Shown here piece after piece: positions 42,315-54,320 of a stretch of 64,000 nt of DNA. The DNA comes from Gracilinanus agilis (lineage: Eukaryota). The DNA lies in the NCBI RefSeq assembly GCF_016433145.1, contig NC_058133.1, forward strand, positions 200,521,342-200,585,341, given 5' to 3'. The position numbers and the translations under genes were made by a program. The notes below the pieces were generated by a model. That model saw only the letters and a program-made list of their open reading frames with translations. It was not told the origin of the DNA and made no database searches. Position 1 is the stretch's first letter. The number at the start of each line of letters is the position of its first letter.

Positions 42315-43556
42315 ATGAGTTTGGTCCATGCCCCTCTGCTGCTGCTTTGGGCCTGGGGAAGTTTCTGGGCTTTTGAATTTGTAGAAAAGGAGAACATTTT
42401 TCAGAAGACTTCTTGCCCTGCCTTCTTGATGTTTGATAATGCAGCCTACCTGGCCGACATGAGCTTTGAGCTCCCCTGTCACTGCAAGCCTGAGGAGGTA
42501 TCAACTGTAGTCTGGTACTACCAAGAGTACATAGGGAGCCGCCATACCAGAGTCCTAACAGATTTTGATGGACGAGTGGTGATTGATTCGGGGCACATTA
42601 GGGTGGGCAGCAGCATGCTGGCCCGCTTCAGCATCCAAATGTTCAGCTTACTAGTGTTCCGGGCACAGCCTGAGGACTCCGGGCTATACCTCTGTGGGAC
42701 ACGCCAAGGTAACTATTTCTATGGCTATGATGTGGACATACAAAGCAGTCAAAACATGTTGGCAACATTCATTGACCAAGGCCAAAAGCCTCCTAAAGAT
42801 GAGGAACATGGGACCCTCCACATATTTACTACCTTCTGGGAGTGGACCCACTGTGATCGCTGTGGTGTCCGGGGAGAACAATGGCGGATTGGTCTCTGCT
42901 ATCTGAATAAACCAGGCCTCTCCCCCCGGGTCCGGAAGACTCTCCCTGATGTGGTGTCTTGTGGCTCCCAGGCAGTGCCTAGGAATCTTCAAGATATGGC
43001 AGAGAGCCACCATCCACCTGAACTAATGATCCGAAGTTGCATGGTACCCTGCAAGAAGAAGAAGATCCAGGTGGGTCTGATGGCCATCTATACTTTCATC
43101 TCAAAGAAGAACAGGAAACCCTGGATTCCCAAAGTACCCATTCAATTCCACCAACAGAGGCTTGGCCATGGGCTTATCATCTCCTGTCCTGGGGCTCGTC
43201 CAGAACATGCTGTGGCCTGGGACAAGGACAACCTCCGACTATACCGTACCAGTTTCCTGAAGGGAGTCAACTGGTCCATGCGTGTATTCATTGACCATGG
43301 CAACCAACTTCATATCCGATTTGCCCGATTGAATGACAGGGGAATCTATTACTGTTGGCGAGAAGGGGAGATGGTAGCTGGCTTCCGGTTGGCTGTGACA
43401 TCCTGGGGTCCACACCATGCTTCTCTCTCTGACCCTGATACCCAATATGCCCTAAAGGCTGCCTTGATAGGCTACCTGCTCCTTACAGCTGTCTTCATCC
43501 TTATTCACTTATTCCGCTGCTGCTGTGACCTCTTTTTCTTCTGCTTTTATCTATAG
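42315..43556 (+). CDS. FAM187A: FAM187A, Ig-like V-type domain type I membrane protein (413 aa, single coding exon)
   Basis: Intact 413-aa ORF with a hydrophobic signal peptide, an Ig motif ([11 protein letters not shown]), a TSP1-like [10 protein letters not shown] segment, a second Ig motif (DRGIYYC) and a C-terminal TM helix; syntenic position between CCDC103 and GFAP. Confidence 0.93.
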   Translation: MSLVHAPLLLLWAWGSFWAFEFVEKENIFQKTSCPAFLMFDNAAYLADMSFELPCHCKPEEVSTVVWYYQEYIGSRHTRVLTDFDGRVVIDSGHIRVGSSMLARFSIQMFSLLVFRAQPEDSGLYLCGTRQGNYFYGYDVDIQSSQNMLATFIDQGQKPPKDEEHGTLHIFTTFWEWTHCDRCGVRGEQWRIGLCYLNKPGLSPRVRKTLPDVVSCGSQAVPRNLQDMAESHHPPELMIRSCMVPCKKKKIQVGLMAIYTFISKKNRKPWIPKVPIQFHQQRLGHGLIISCPGARPEHAVAWDKDNLRLYRTSFLKGVNWSMRVFIDHGNQLHIRFARLNDRGIYYCWREGEMVAGFRLAVTSWGPHHASLSDPDTQYALKAALIGYLLLTAVFILIHLFRCCCDLFFFCFYL

Positions 43557-43603
43557 GCTTCTCCCTCAGGCCTTGAAGACCAATTATTTATTAAATATAT
43601 TAG

Positions 43604-44290
43604 TTAAATGGTTAGAGTTATAATGGTGCTGTACCATGGGTGAGAAATGGAGACTAGGGAAGCAGGAACACCTACTGCTGGTTACAACTCCCTCACTTCT
43701 ACTGAATGAATAGTATCATTAGCCAAGACTAGGGAAATGGAGAGAGAAGAGAGAAGGGTTTGGGGCCAGGAACTGACCTCTTCTCCCTTCCCCTCACTCC
43801 TCTGGAGTCAGAGCCAAGAGATAGGGTCTTTCATCTTCCCATAAAAGACGGTTAAGTAGGCATTTGGTTTGGTGCGGGGAGGGAATAGATATGACTGCAT
43901 TGATGGGAGGATTTGGGGATCTAATTGATTCTTTTTGGAAGAGACCTCACTGGCTACTGATAAAAAGAAGTTTAAAAAATGTCTTGTTTTTAAGTCCCCT
44001 TAATTAAATGGAGAGTGTCCCAATGATTCTTCACTGTGAATATGAAGTGGAGATTAGGGAAGCAGCAACACACACTGTTGTTATAACTCCCCAACCTCCG
44101 ATTGAAGGAACAGTATCATTAGCAGAAACTAGGGAAATGGAGGGAGAGGAGACAAGGGTTTGGGGGCAGGGTGACTGTGATGAGGCTGGCACTGTTCCAA
44201 CCTTCGAACTGCTCTCCCCTCTCCTACAGGAGATGTGTAAGGTGTTAGAGCCAAGGGATGGGGTCTGACATCTTTCCCTTCCTTTTCTCT
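43604..44290. repeat. Diverged tandem duplication, period ~400 bp
   Basis: Collinear blocks TTAAATGG at 43604/44004, GGAGACTAGGGAAGCAG / GGAGATTAGGGAAGCAG, AGTATCATTAGC, CTAGGGAAATGGAG, AGAGCCAAG. Confidence 0.85.
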
Positions 44291-44879
44291 TATCCAGTGA
44301 CCTTTCCTTGTAACACATCATTAAAAAGGAGGGGAAAAGCAGCTCAGTAAAGCTAATCAACCTATCAACTGTGTCTGACAGTATATGAAATGGTGCCCAC
44401 CCATGGTATCTAACCTCTGCCAAGGGAGGGGAGTGCAGCTACAGGTTCTTTCCCAGTCTCTGTCCTGCCATAGGAAGCCAGAGTTAGCTAGGTTGGCAGG
44501 TGGAAATGGGGATTTGGGACAATGAGAAGTGAGAAGAGATTAAAAAACAAGGGAGGGGTCTTAGATGAGTGATATGGTCTTTTCTGGGTCATGAACCAGG
44601 GAGGTTGTGGACAGGCTGAAGGATGAACATAAGATTGATTGAGGAGGAGGTTCATTATTGCCCCTATGTGAGGTCTCCGAGCTCAGAATTAGGACAGAGT
44701 CCTAGTTAAATCCTAATTTTGGGAATGGAATTGGTTTGGGATTGGTGCCAGAGAAGAGAAACACTGGTGACTTTCAGCTGTAATGGAATTCAGGGCTAGG
44801 GGAGACAGCAAAGTTTGCCTGCTGCCTGACTTCTGACCATGGTGCCCCCCTCAGATACAAATCAGGCGCTCACTCCAGG

Positions 44880-47802
44880 AAATGCAGATCACACTTGTTT
44901 ATTTAGGCTCTTCAACTGACTAAACAGCAATGGAGTAGCAATGAGACAGAGCTAAGGAAAAGTCATGGTTGAAGGAAACCTGAGAAAAAGGAAAGGTTCC
45001 CCATCATCTTCCAAGGTCCAGCCTGTTGGTGTGAACTAGGGGTCCTGGAAGAATGCCCCCAGATCACTTTTTAGGCTTCCTGTGTATTCCTCTGCTACCA
45101 AGCCTCTACTTCACAAAGCCTTATATGGAATGCTAAGGAGACGCATTTGCCCAAGAGCTCCTGATTTTAAATCTATCTCCCAAACCTAATCTCTTCCCCT
45201 GATTCTATATTCCTTAGTTTTCCCATTTTAAAAATGGGAAACAAGGCTGGTATGTGTGGTGGGAGAGAGGGAGGGAGGTGCTGCAGAAGGCCATTAGTAC
45301 ATTAGAAATACAGCTAGTTAGCCATGTGTGAGAGATAGCTACCATCCAAGGAGCAGCTGTGGTTCCTAGTACGGGTATTTCTGGGCTTGGGGAGTTACTA
45401 AGGGAAAGGAACACTACTGTTTGACTTGGGGGTCTAGGGACTGAATTTATACCAGGAAATGGGAAATTACAGACCCTCCTATCTGAATTTATAAGAGGGA
45501 GAAAAGGTAGAGGGAAATAAATTCAGGCAGATTGAGAGTGAGAGGCTATATTATGCAGATGGTTTATATAGAGAGGAAATGGAAGAAGATGGGGAAAGGT
45601 GAAGGGCTGTGGTGGTGGGGTGGTCTAAAGAGAAGGGCTGTGAGACTGTGACTGGGTAAAAAAGAGGCCTTAGAAACAAACTACGTGCTCCCCTAAGCTT
45701 GGTAATAGTCTCTCTCTCTGTCTTTCTGTTTCTGTCTCTGCCTCTCTTCTATTCTTCTAGTTTCCCCAGTAGAATCTAGCATTATGAAGAGTATGTTAAC
45801 CTCTTAATAGCCATGATCCAGAGGCCAGATGAAGGAGCTAGTGAAGCATGGTGGGAGTTCTTAGCTGCATTCTCTCCTCCTGGAGAGAATGAGGAAAGGG
45901 GGAGAGGGAGAGAAGATGCGATTGAACTAGATTTCTACCCCCAGGCTCCTTGCAGATCAGACGCTCAAGTCTCCATTTGAACGTCTTCAGGCCTCTCCTG
46001 ACCCACATCTGGGAATCGGCTGAACAGCTACCTCCTCTGTTCCCTCTCTGTCTCTCATCTGCTTTCTCCCTCCACAAACACCAGAGGCTTTCTTACCCCA
46101 CCCCAAAAGTGTTTCCCTCCTCCTTTCCAATTTGATGATCTGAAAAATGGAACTCCAAGTGACTTTCTTCAAATATAAGCATTTCCTAAGCCTTAATCCC
46201 CTTAAATGTCCTTGCTGCAACCACCTCTGGGGTGGGGTACTGCAAGGCTGGTTCTCTGGGGCCAAGACAGGACACCGGGAAGTGTGCTGGATGTGAAATC
46301 AGAGCAGCTGAGTTGAAATCCCAATTCTGCCATTCTAGTTGGGTGATCTTAGACAAGCCACTTAAGTCGGTGACTTTGGACAAGTCTGGGTGACTTCGAA
46401 CAAAACACAACTTGGTGACTAGACAAGTCTGAGTGATTTGGGCAAGTCATTTTACTTAGTAACTTTGGACAAGTCTGAGTGACCTTGGACAAATCACCTT
46501 ATTTAGTGACTTTGGACAAGTCCCTTAGTGCCTTTGAATAAGTCTGGGTGACCTTGGATAAGTCACTTTTCTAGACAAGTCTGAGTGACTTGTTCAGGCT
46601 TAGATTTATATAGAGAAGCTATATTATATAGGTAATACATATAGATAGAAATGGAAAAAGATGGAGAAAGGTGAAGGACCTGTGGGGGTGGGGTGATCTA
46701 AAGAGGATTATGAAACAAGCCACTAAGTACAGTGACTTGTCCAAGGTCAACCAGGTAGTAAGTGGCTTTTGAGCTTTAATATTCTCCTCTGTAAAATGAA
46801 AGGCTTGGGCTACGGTGGTCTCCAAAGTCCCTTCCAGCTCTAGATCTATAACCTTAAGATCTATAAGTAACACACGATAATGTACTATGTTAACAATGAC
46901 TCCTGAAGTCAGCTGGGGTATTTGATTCTTCTGGAATTCAGAAGACAAGGGAAAAGAACATTGAATTTGGAGTCAGGAGACCTGGGTTCAGATCCTGGTT
47001 TCCAGTGCCAGCTGTGTGACCTTTGTCTCCTGGAGCCTCAGTTTACTCTTTTTAAAAATTGGGATATTTTTGTCTACCTCACCAACTTATTGCAGGCAGA
47101 GGTGAATTGTCAACCTTAAATATAAATATACATGTGAGTCATAATGTGAGTTGTAGAAATTTGAGTCATAATGCTTATAACTGAGTAATAATTACTTCCA
47201 AGAACATTTCTGGTGGCCTCTTCCAGATCAGGGCCAGAGAATGGGAAATCGACCTCCGTTGTGAGGACCCCTGCCTTCCCCTTGCTAGGCCTTATTTTTT
47301 TTTCTTCTGCAGCCTGATAATAAGAGGTCCAAACAACACCCACCCCCTCCCAAGCTCCAGCGCCTCCCCCAGTCCAGGAATGACAGCTCTGGGCTTCCTG
47401 GTGCCCTGGCAATAGTTGCCATAGAAACAAAGATATGGGAAGGGTCAAGGGGGAGCCACCTCCAGCAATGTTCTCCTTTCTGATCCCATCTCCTCCCTAC
47501 CAAACTGAGTTCTAAGCGCCTCTAACAACATCCCCTAATGATTAGTGCCGGAAATACAGAAGCTAGAGGCTCGTCCTGGCCAGTTAGTGGAAAGGGGGAC
47601 TGGAAAATGGGAGAAATTGTGACAAGTGTGGCAAGTCCTGATGCTGATGGGAGCCGAGACAAAGCCAGGGAGAGGCTGCTGGTGAGGGAGGGGAGGAAGA
47701 CGAGAGCTAGCCCTGGCTGGGAATAGATCTACAGCTTCTGGCACTGAGACCAAGGCAACTTCTGTGCCCCCTATCCAAGGGGCTCTCTGCATGGCTCCCG
47801 CT
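44880..47802 (-). other. GFAP: Predicted GFAP 3'UTR (~2.9 kb)
   Basis: The first canonical AATAAA I found on the minus strand after the stop codon is at 44903-44898; the end point is inferred. Confidence 0.55.
46343..46592. repeat. Minisatellite of SINE-core units GTGACYTTGGACAAGTC
   Basis: About 11 units starting at 46343, 46370, 46390, 46415, 46433, 46459, 46479, 46506, 46528, 46548, 46585. Confidence 0.9.
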
Positions 47803-47841
47803 TCACACGTCTTTGTGCTCCTTCGTAGACTCCTTAATGAC
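47803..47841 (-). CDS. GFAP: GFAP exon 9 coding part (VIKESTKEHKDV*)
   Basis: Translation matches the GFAP-alpha tail; TGA at 47805-47803; the acceptor falls in the N-gap. Confidence 0.9.
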   Translation of the reverse strand, partial: VIKESTKEHKDV

Positions 47842-48918
47842 NNNNNNNNNNNNNNNNNNNNNNNNNNNNNNNNNNNNNNNNNNNNNNNNNNNNNNNNNNN
47901 NNNNNNNNNNNNNNNNNNNNNNNNNNNNNNNNNNNNNNNNNNNNNNNNNNNNNNNNNNNNNNNNNNNNNNNNNNNNNNNNNNNNNNNNNNNNNNNNNNNN
48001 NNNNNNNNNNNNNNNNNNNNNNNNNNNNNNNNNNNNNNNNNNNNNNNNNNNNNNNNNNNNNNNNNNNNNNNNNNNNNNNNNNNNNNNNNNNNNNNNNNNN
48101 NNNNNNNNNNNNNNGCACAATTAGCCCAAATTATATTCCACCAGCAGGACCTTTTCCTTGACTCAGAAAACTGGAGCCCATTTCCCCATACTCCCCTTTC
48201 TTTTTTTTTTTTTTTTTTAAACCTTTACCTTCCATCTTAGAATCAATACCATGTATTGATTCCAAGGCAGAAGAGCAGTAAGGGCTAAGCAAAGAGGGTT
48301 AAGTGATTGCCCAGGAAGTGTCTGAGGCCAGATTTGAACCTAGGACCTCCTATTTCTAGGCTTGGCTCTCAATCCACTGAGCTACCCAGCAGTCAAAAAC
48401 CCATACTCCCCTTTCTTATTCAAATCAGAGCCATATGGGGGGGAGGGGGGGAGAGGACATGCTTATAACTCTTTTACTCTCTTTTTTTTAAACTCTTATC
48501 TTTCATCTTAGAAACAATATTATGTTTTGATTCTAAGGTAGAAGAGCGGTAAGGGTTAGGCAATGTAGGTTAAGTGACTTACCCAGAATCACACAGCGAG
48601 GACATGTCTGAGGTCAGATTTGAATCCAGGACTTCTGGTCTCCAGGTCTGGCTCCCAATCCCCTGAGCCACCCAGCTGCCCCCTAATTCCTTTATTCTTC
48701 ACTGAGATCATTCATCTCATGGCCTGTACACCTCTGGGTTCATTCAGATTTTGGTTCTAACACTAGCTGCTCAACACTGGACAAATGATCCAGGCCCTCC
48801 AGGCCTCAGTTAATTCTCCTTTAAAATAGAGATAATATTTCTGCCTACAGGTAGGTACCTACAGATATAATCTTATTCAGAGCCAAGTGAGAAGGGTAAG
48901 ATCGAGCTTGGGCTTTTA

Positions 48919-49197
<279 letters not shown>

Positions 49198-52100
49198 CTA
49201 GGCACCAGGGCCCCCATCTACCTTACTCTACAACCTACCTTCGATCACATAAGTCGAACACTAAGACAAGATAGCATTCCCTCGCCATCCCCCAAAAAGG
49301 ATCTCCTAGCACAGAAGTGGAGGATAGAGGTTGCTGATTCACAGAAAGAAGAAATGAGTCACTGAAGAAGTTAAAAGCAACTTCATTAGTTTCTCCCCTT
49401 CTTGGGGGAGAGAGATTAAATGCTTGACTTGCTTATTTTTAAAATTAAGAACAGGGAATATAAAACTTCACCCAACACAAGAGAAGCTCTTGGAGACATT
49501 AACTGTGCTGGCCACAGGACAATATAACTAGAGGGATGAGGAAACCAAGCCAAGGACTGAATCCAAGGGGGAGGTTCTCAAAACAAACACAATAGGGGTC
49601 AAGGGTACAAAACAGAGAAAAATTGTGTAGTGGAGGGAAAACAAAAACAAAAAACCCTGGACTGGGCAATAAAAGACTTTGGTTGGACTAAGTTAACTCT
49701 TTGTGTGACCCTCTTGACCTCAGTTGCATCCTAGTTGTAAACTGAGGGATTTTTTAAAACTCTTTTTTTCTGTATTAGAATCAATAATGAGTATTGGTTC
49801 CAAGGCAGAAGAACAGAAAGGGTAAGGCAATTGGGATTAAGAGACTTACCCAGGGTCACACAGCTAGGAAGTATCATGAGGTCAGATTTGAACCTAGGAC
49901 CTCTTGTTTCCAGGTATTGTGTCTATCCCCTGAGTCACTTAACTGTCCCCTTTCCCTCTTTTTTCCAAGTGATTTTTCCCAAGCACAAATCTGACCTTAC
50001 TTAATAAACTGTGGCTCACCACTATCTCTGGAATAAAATTTAAAATCTGCTGTAGCTTTTATAGACTTTCACAATTTGGCCTGGCTCTAAGCTGTCTTTC
50101 AAACTCCATTATACATTATTTCTCTTTCTTTATAATATAGTTAGACTGACTCCCCCCCACCCCATTCCTCACACACTTTATATCCTGATCTTCCCATCTT
50201 TGTATTAGCCATCTCCCAGGCCTGGTATGTATGCTCTCCCCACTTCTGCCTTGTAGAATCCCTCTCATTTCTTTTTTTTTTTTTTAACCCTTAACTTCTA
50301 TGTATTGGCTCCTAGGTGGAAGAGTGGTAAGGGTAGGCAATGGGGGTGAAGTGACTTGCCCAGGGTCACACAGCTGGGAAGTGTCTGAGGTCAGATTTGA
50401 ACCTAGAACCTCCCATCTCTAGGCCTGACTCTCAATTCACTGAGCTACCCAGCTGCCCCCATCCCTCTCTTATTTCAAGTACTACCTTTCACATGAAGCC
50501 TTTCCTGATCCCCCAGTTGCTGGCACCCCTAGCTACCTTGTACTTATTCATATTTCTTCTTATATTTCTTCTGTGTATATAGTATATACAGATATCCCAC
50601 TGGCCCAAAGGCAGCCCCTCAACCTGGAAAATCTGGCGTAAAATTTTTTGGCCCTCTCTTCATATCAGAAAATAGGTCTGAATTGTTTCTTTTTCTTTTA
50701 TGAGGTGTTTACAGTTCCTTATTGTAATATTTGAGTTAAGTATTTAATCATAGGCTCTATGTAGGTCAATGTTAAGTAAAAATATTTATTAAAAATATAA
50801 ACTAAATATGAAAAAGTTTAAAATTTAAACAAATTTGAGGAGAATAATACTAAACATACTGCATGTATAACAAAAGACATTTTAAAAATAACCTTTGAAA
50901 TTCCCACATAAGTTCTTTTTTTTTTAAGAGAAGATGATGAGGGCTAGGCAATGAGGATTAAATGACTTGCCCAGGGTCACACAATCAGAAAGTGTTTGAG
51001 GTCAGATTTGAACCCTGGACTACCCATCCCTAGGACTGGCTCTTAACCCACTCAGTCACTTAGCTGCCCTCTCCCCCATAAATTCTTATGCCAAAATAGC
51101 AGTATATCAAAACCAAGATTGGGAAAATTGTGATGTAGAAGAAATACCTTTATATGTATGTACATATATATTTGTATAGATGTATTAAGTATAGATTTGT
51201 TATTACTTAAATATGTACTTGTTACCTCATTTGAATATAAGCTTCTTAAGAATAGAGATTGTTTCATTCTTCATATTTGTTTCCACAATGCCTGACACAC
51301 AGTAGGTACTTTATAAATACTGACTGGTTGAGTAATTGAGCGAGTGATGGAATCCAAACCCTTCATTTTGACTTGAGTCAAGTCAGGGAGCCAAAAGAAA
51401 TCAGACTTGATCTCTGACATTACATTGACTATGAAGGATAATTATTATTTTGAGGCTTGATGGAAATTAGTAACTCCCTCATCCCACCTCACTTGTTATT
51501 TTTACCTCTCGTCTTTTCTCTTGTAATTAATGAGATTTCTTCAGAAAGGAGAAATCTCTGTTGTTTGAATGGAGAGCTCTCTCCATGTCTTTGATTTAGT
51601 AGATAAATCCAAGAGAAATTGCTGGAAGCAGATAGTGGTTGGGTGCCTAGGCCATGGGTCACACAGTAAGTGCCTGAGGTGGGATTTGAACCTATCTCCC
51701 CCTTTATCACTGCCTCTGGGAATCTCTAGCTCCCTTCAAGGCCCAGCTCCAGTTCTCATATTATCCCTCTTCCAGCCCCGTGTTGAAATGGATGTGTATA
51801 TATCTTAATATTTCTTATCTTTGGGGAGCAGCTAGGTAGCTCAGTGGATTGAGAACCAGGTCTAGAGATGGGAGGTTCTGGGTTCAAATTTGACCTCAGA
51901 CACTTCCTAGCTGTGTGACCCTGGACAAGTCACTTCACCCCATTGCCTAGCCCTTACCTCTCTTCTGCCTTGGAACCAATATACAGTATTGATTCTAAGG
52001 TGGAAGGCAAGAGTTTTAAATATACATATATTTCTTATATTTGGGCATGTATATCCCCAGTAGACTATAAATTCCTTGAAGACAAGCATTGTCTTGCTCT

Positions 52101-52674
52101 TTTATCTGTATCCCCAGCACCTAGCACAGTGCCTGGCACATAGTGCGTAATTAAAAAAAAAATATTTGTGGAATGTTCCCAGACTCCAAGACCCAAACTT
52201 TATCCACTATGTCATGTTGCCTCTTCTTCCCTAGAGTAATTGGAGGAATCCTCCTTCCTAGAAAATCCTCATAGGATTATGTGAGTTGGGGGGGGGGGTA
52301 GGGGAAGCTGAGAGATCACTTCCTGTTCTCCCCTCAGACTCCTAAGGAATGAGCCTCAAGTGGGAGAACACGTGGTAAGAGCCAAGAAGGGTATCAGAAG
52401 ATCATTCCATAAGGTCTTTTGAAGAAAGACTTAGAGGGTTGTCTGGGAGCTGCCTTGAGACCCCCAGAAGATTCCCAGAGGATGTATAGTAGCAGGTACT
52501 CCCAATAGCCTTCAGCTGGACACCCTCTTTGCCTCATAAACACTGGAATAAATACCTCAACCGGCACATGGACAAAACAATGGGACCTTTCCCCTCAGAG
52601 TCCTCAGTGGGTCTTTTGCCTCCCCAAGTCTTCACACTCCACCCCACTCCCTCACTCCAGCCATCCCCACTGAC

Positions 52675-52718
52675 CTCGGATTTGCAGATTGGAGAATGTC
52701 TGTACTGGAATGGTGATG
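52675..52718 (-). CDS. GFAP: GFAP exon 7 (44 nt; ITIPVQTFSNLQIR)
   Basis: Manual translation; acceptor TTTTAG; donor GTCAG. Confidence 0.96.
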
Positions 52719-54099
52719 CTAAAAGGGAGCAGAGAATGAGCAGGATGAGCAGATTTGGAAGGGTCTGGGGGTAGGGGAGACCCCAAATTTTCTATGCTCT
52801 CTGGGAAAGTCAAGGCCTAAAATGAAGGTCAAAACAATTCAATACCTCTTTTTGTTCCATTCACAAACATCCCTGACCAGGCTTATTACAGCAATGACAG
52901 AGATCTGAGATCTGTGCAATCTCTCTCCAAAGTCAGGGAAATATGTGTGCTGGGCTTTCCATGGGCTCCTGCTCAGCCTTCTGGCTTCCCAGACAGATAA
53001 TTTCAGACAGGTCTTGGTGGGGAATTGAAATTTCTTTTTTTTTTAATCCTTACCTTCTGTCTTAGAACCAATACTGTGTGGTTCTAAGAGAGAAGAGCGG
53101 TAAGGGCTAGGCAATGGGGTTAAGTGACTTGCCCAGGGTCACACAGCTAGGAAGTGTCCCAGGCCAGATTTGAACCCATCTCTAGGCCTGGCTCTCTATC
53201 CATCAAGCCACCTAATTGCCCCCAGAATTAAAGTTTCTTTAGGATCAAAGGAGTGCTATAAACAAACTTTCTTTCTCTGAGAACACTCCCCTCAGAAAAA
53301 AGATAGATTCAGAAAAAAAAAATTGCAGACAGATGATTTGGATGATATAGATTTGGGTTAGAAGTTTGAGAGGAGGGGGTGGAAAAATCCTGGTGTAGGA
53401 GGTTGAAGAATTCTCAGCAGTTGAATTTTAAAGCAGTTATGGGTGGAGAGAAGTGGAGAGTAATGGGAGAGGAGGTATGATGGGAAGCAGAATGGGGAAT
53501 GACAACAAGGAAGGGGAGGAATGATAAGAACAGAGGTGGACCTTGAAAGACTGGGGAAGGGAAGGATAGGGAGGTCTTTGGAAAGGACACCAAGGGCAAC
53601 AGAAAGAAGGTGGGTACTGCTGATCCCAAAGGTTCTAGCTACATCCCATGGCATTGATGAGCAAGGAAGGAGGCATCAGGAGCCAATGGGCCAAAGGATC
53701 ACAGGAACTAAGTCAAGGGATTCATAAATTTGGATGAGAATAGAGTGAGTAGGTCAGAACTGGGGCAGGATAATTGGCCTTTGCCCTAGGGTACCAAAAT
53801 TTAAATGGTGACAACAGTACTTGCATTCCTTTGCAGGATAGAAACTACTGAGTTTAGCAATAATAATGAGTTAAAATAGAAAGCTATGAGATAGTATACT
53901 TGTAGCATACAGCAGATGAACTCTTCCCATGCCCATTCCTGATGGTAACTTGCCTAGCTATCTCTGAGGGTTCATTTTGTGCCACTTGCCATGGGGAATT
54001 TTTGTGTTGCTTGCCCTGGGTACAGAAATTGCTGTTTAGGGTTCTGAGGTTGGGACCTCCTAGTCAGGGACCAGAATATGGAAGGCCACTAAATCTTAC

Positions 54100-54320
54100 C
54101 GGCTTTCCTCCCCTTCCAACAGTTTCCTGTAGGTGGCAATTTCAATATCTAGGGCCAGCTTGACATTGAGCAGCTCCTGGTACTCTTGCAGGTGCCGGGC
54201 CATCTCATCCTTGAGGCTCTGCCCATCTTCCTCCAGCCTCACCAATGCTTCCTGGTAGCCAGCTGCCTCCCTGGCATGCCGCTCCTCCAGCTCTCGCATC
54301 TGCCTTTCCAGGGACTCATT
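54100..54320 (-). CDS. GFAP: GFAP exon 6 (221 nt; NESLERQ...[19 protein letters not shown])
   Basis: Intermediate-filament rod-end signature [10 protein letters not shown]; acceptor GGGAAG; donor GTAAG. Confidence 0.97.

Noticed and set aside
42186-43445. Several antisense and alternative-frame ORFs over FAM187A
   Set aside because: Shadow frames of a real coding exon
46343-46592. Repeat-spacer pattern superficially like a CRISPR array
   Set aside because: Mammalian DNA, no cas genes, spacers only 1-10 nt and not unique; the unit is a SINE core
50590-50930. Very AT-rich block in GFAP intron 7, possibly a DNA transposon remnant
   Set aside because: No TIR pair or TSD could be identified by eye
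52585-52630. GGKRPTEDSEGK...RYL peptide in GFAP intron 7 resembling the start of human exon 7a
   Set aside because: Only about 45 nt from the exon 7 donor, no polypyrimidine tract or suitable acceptor, and out of frame with read-through; probably chance
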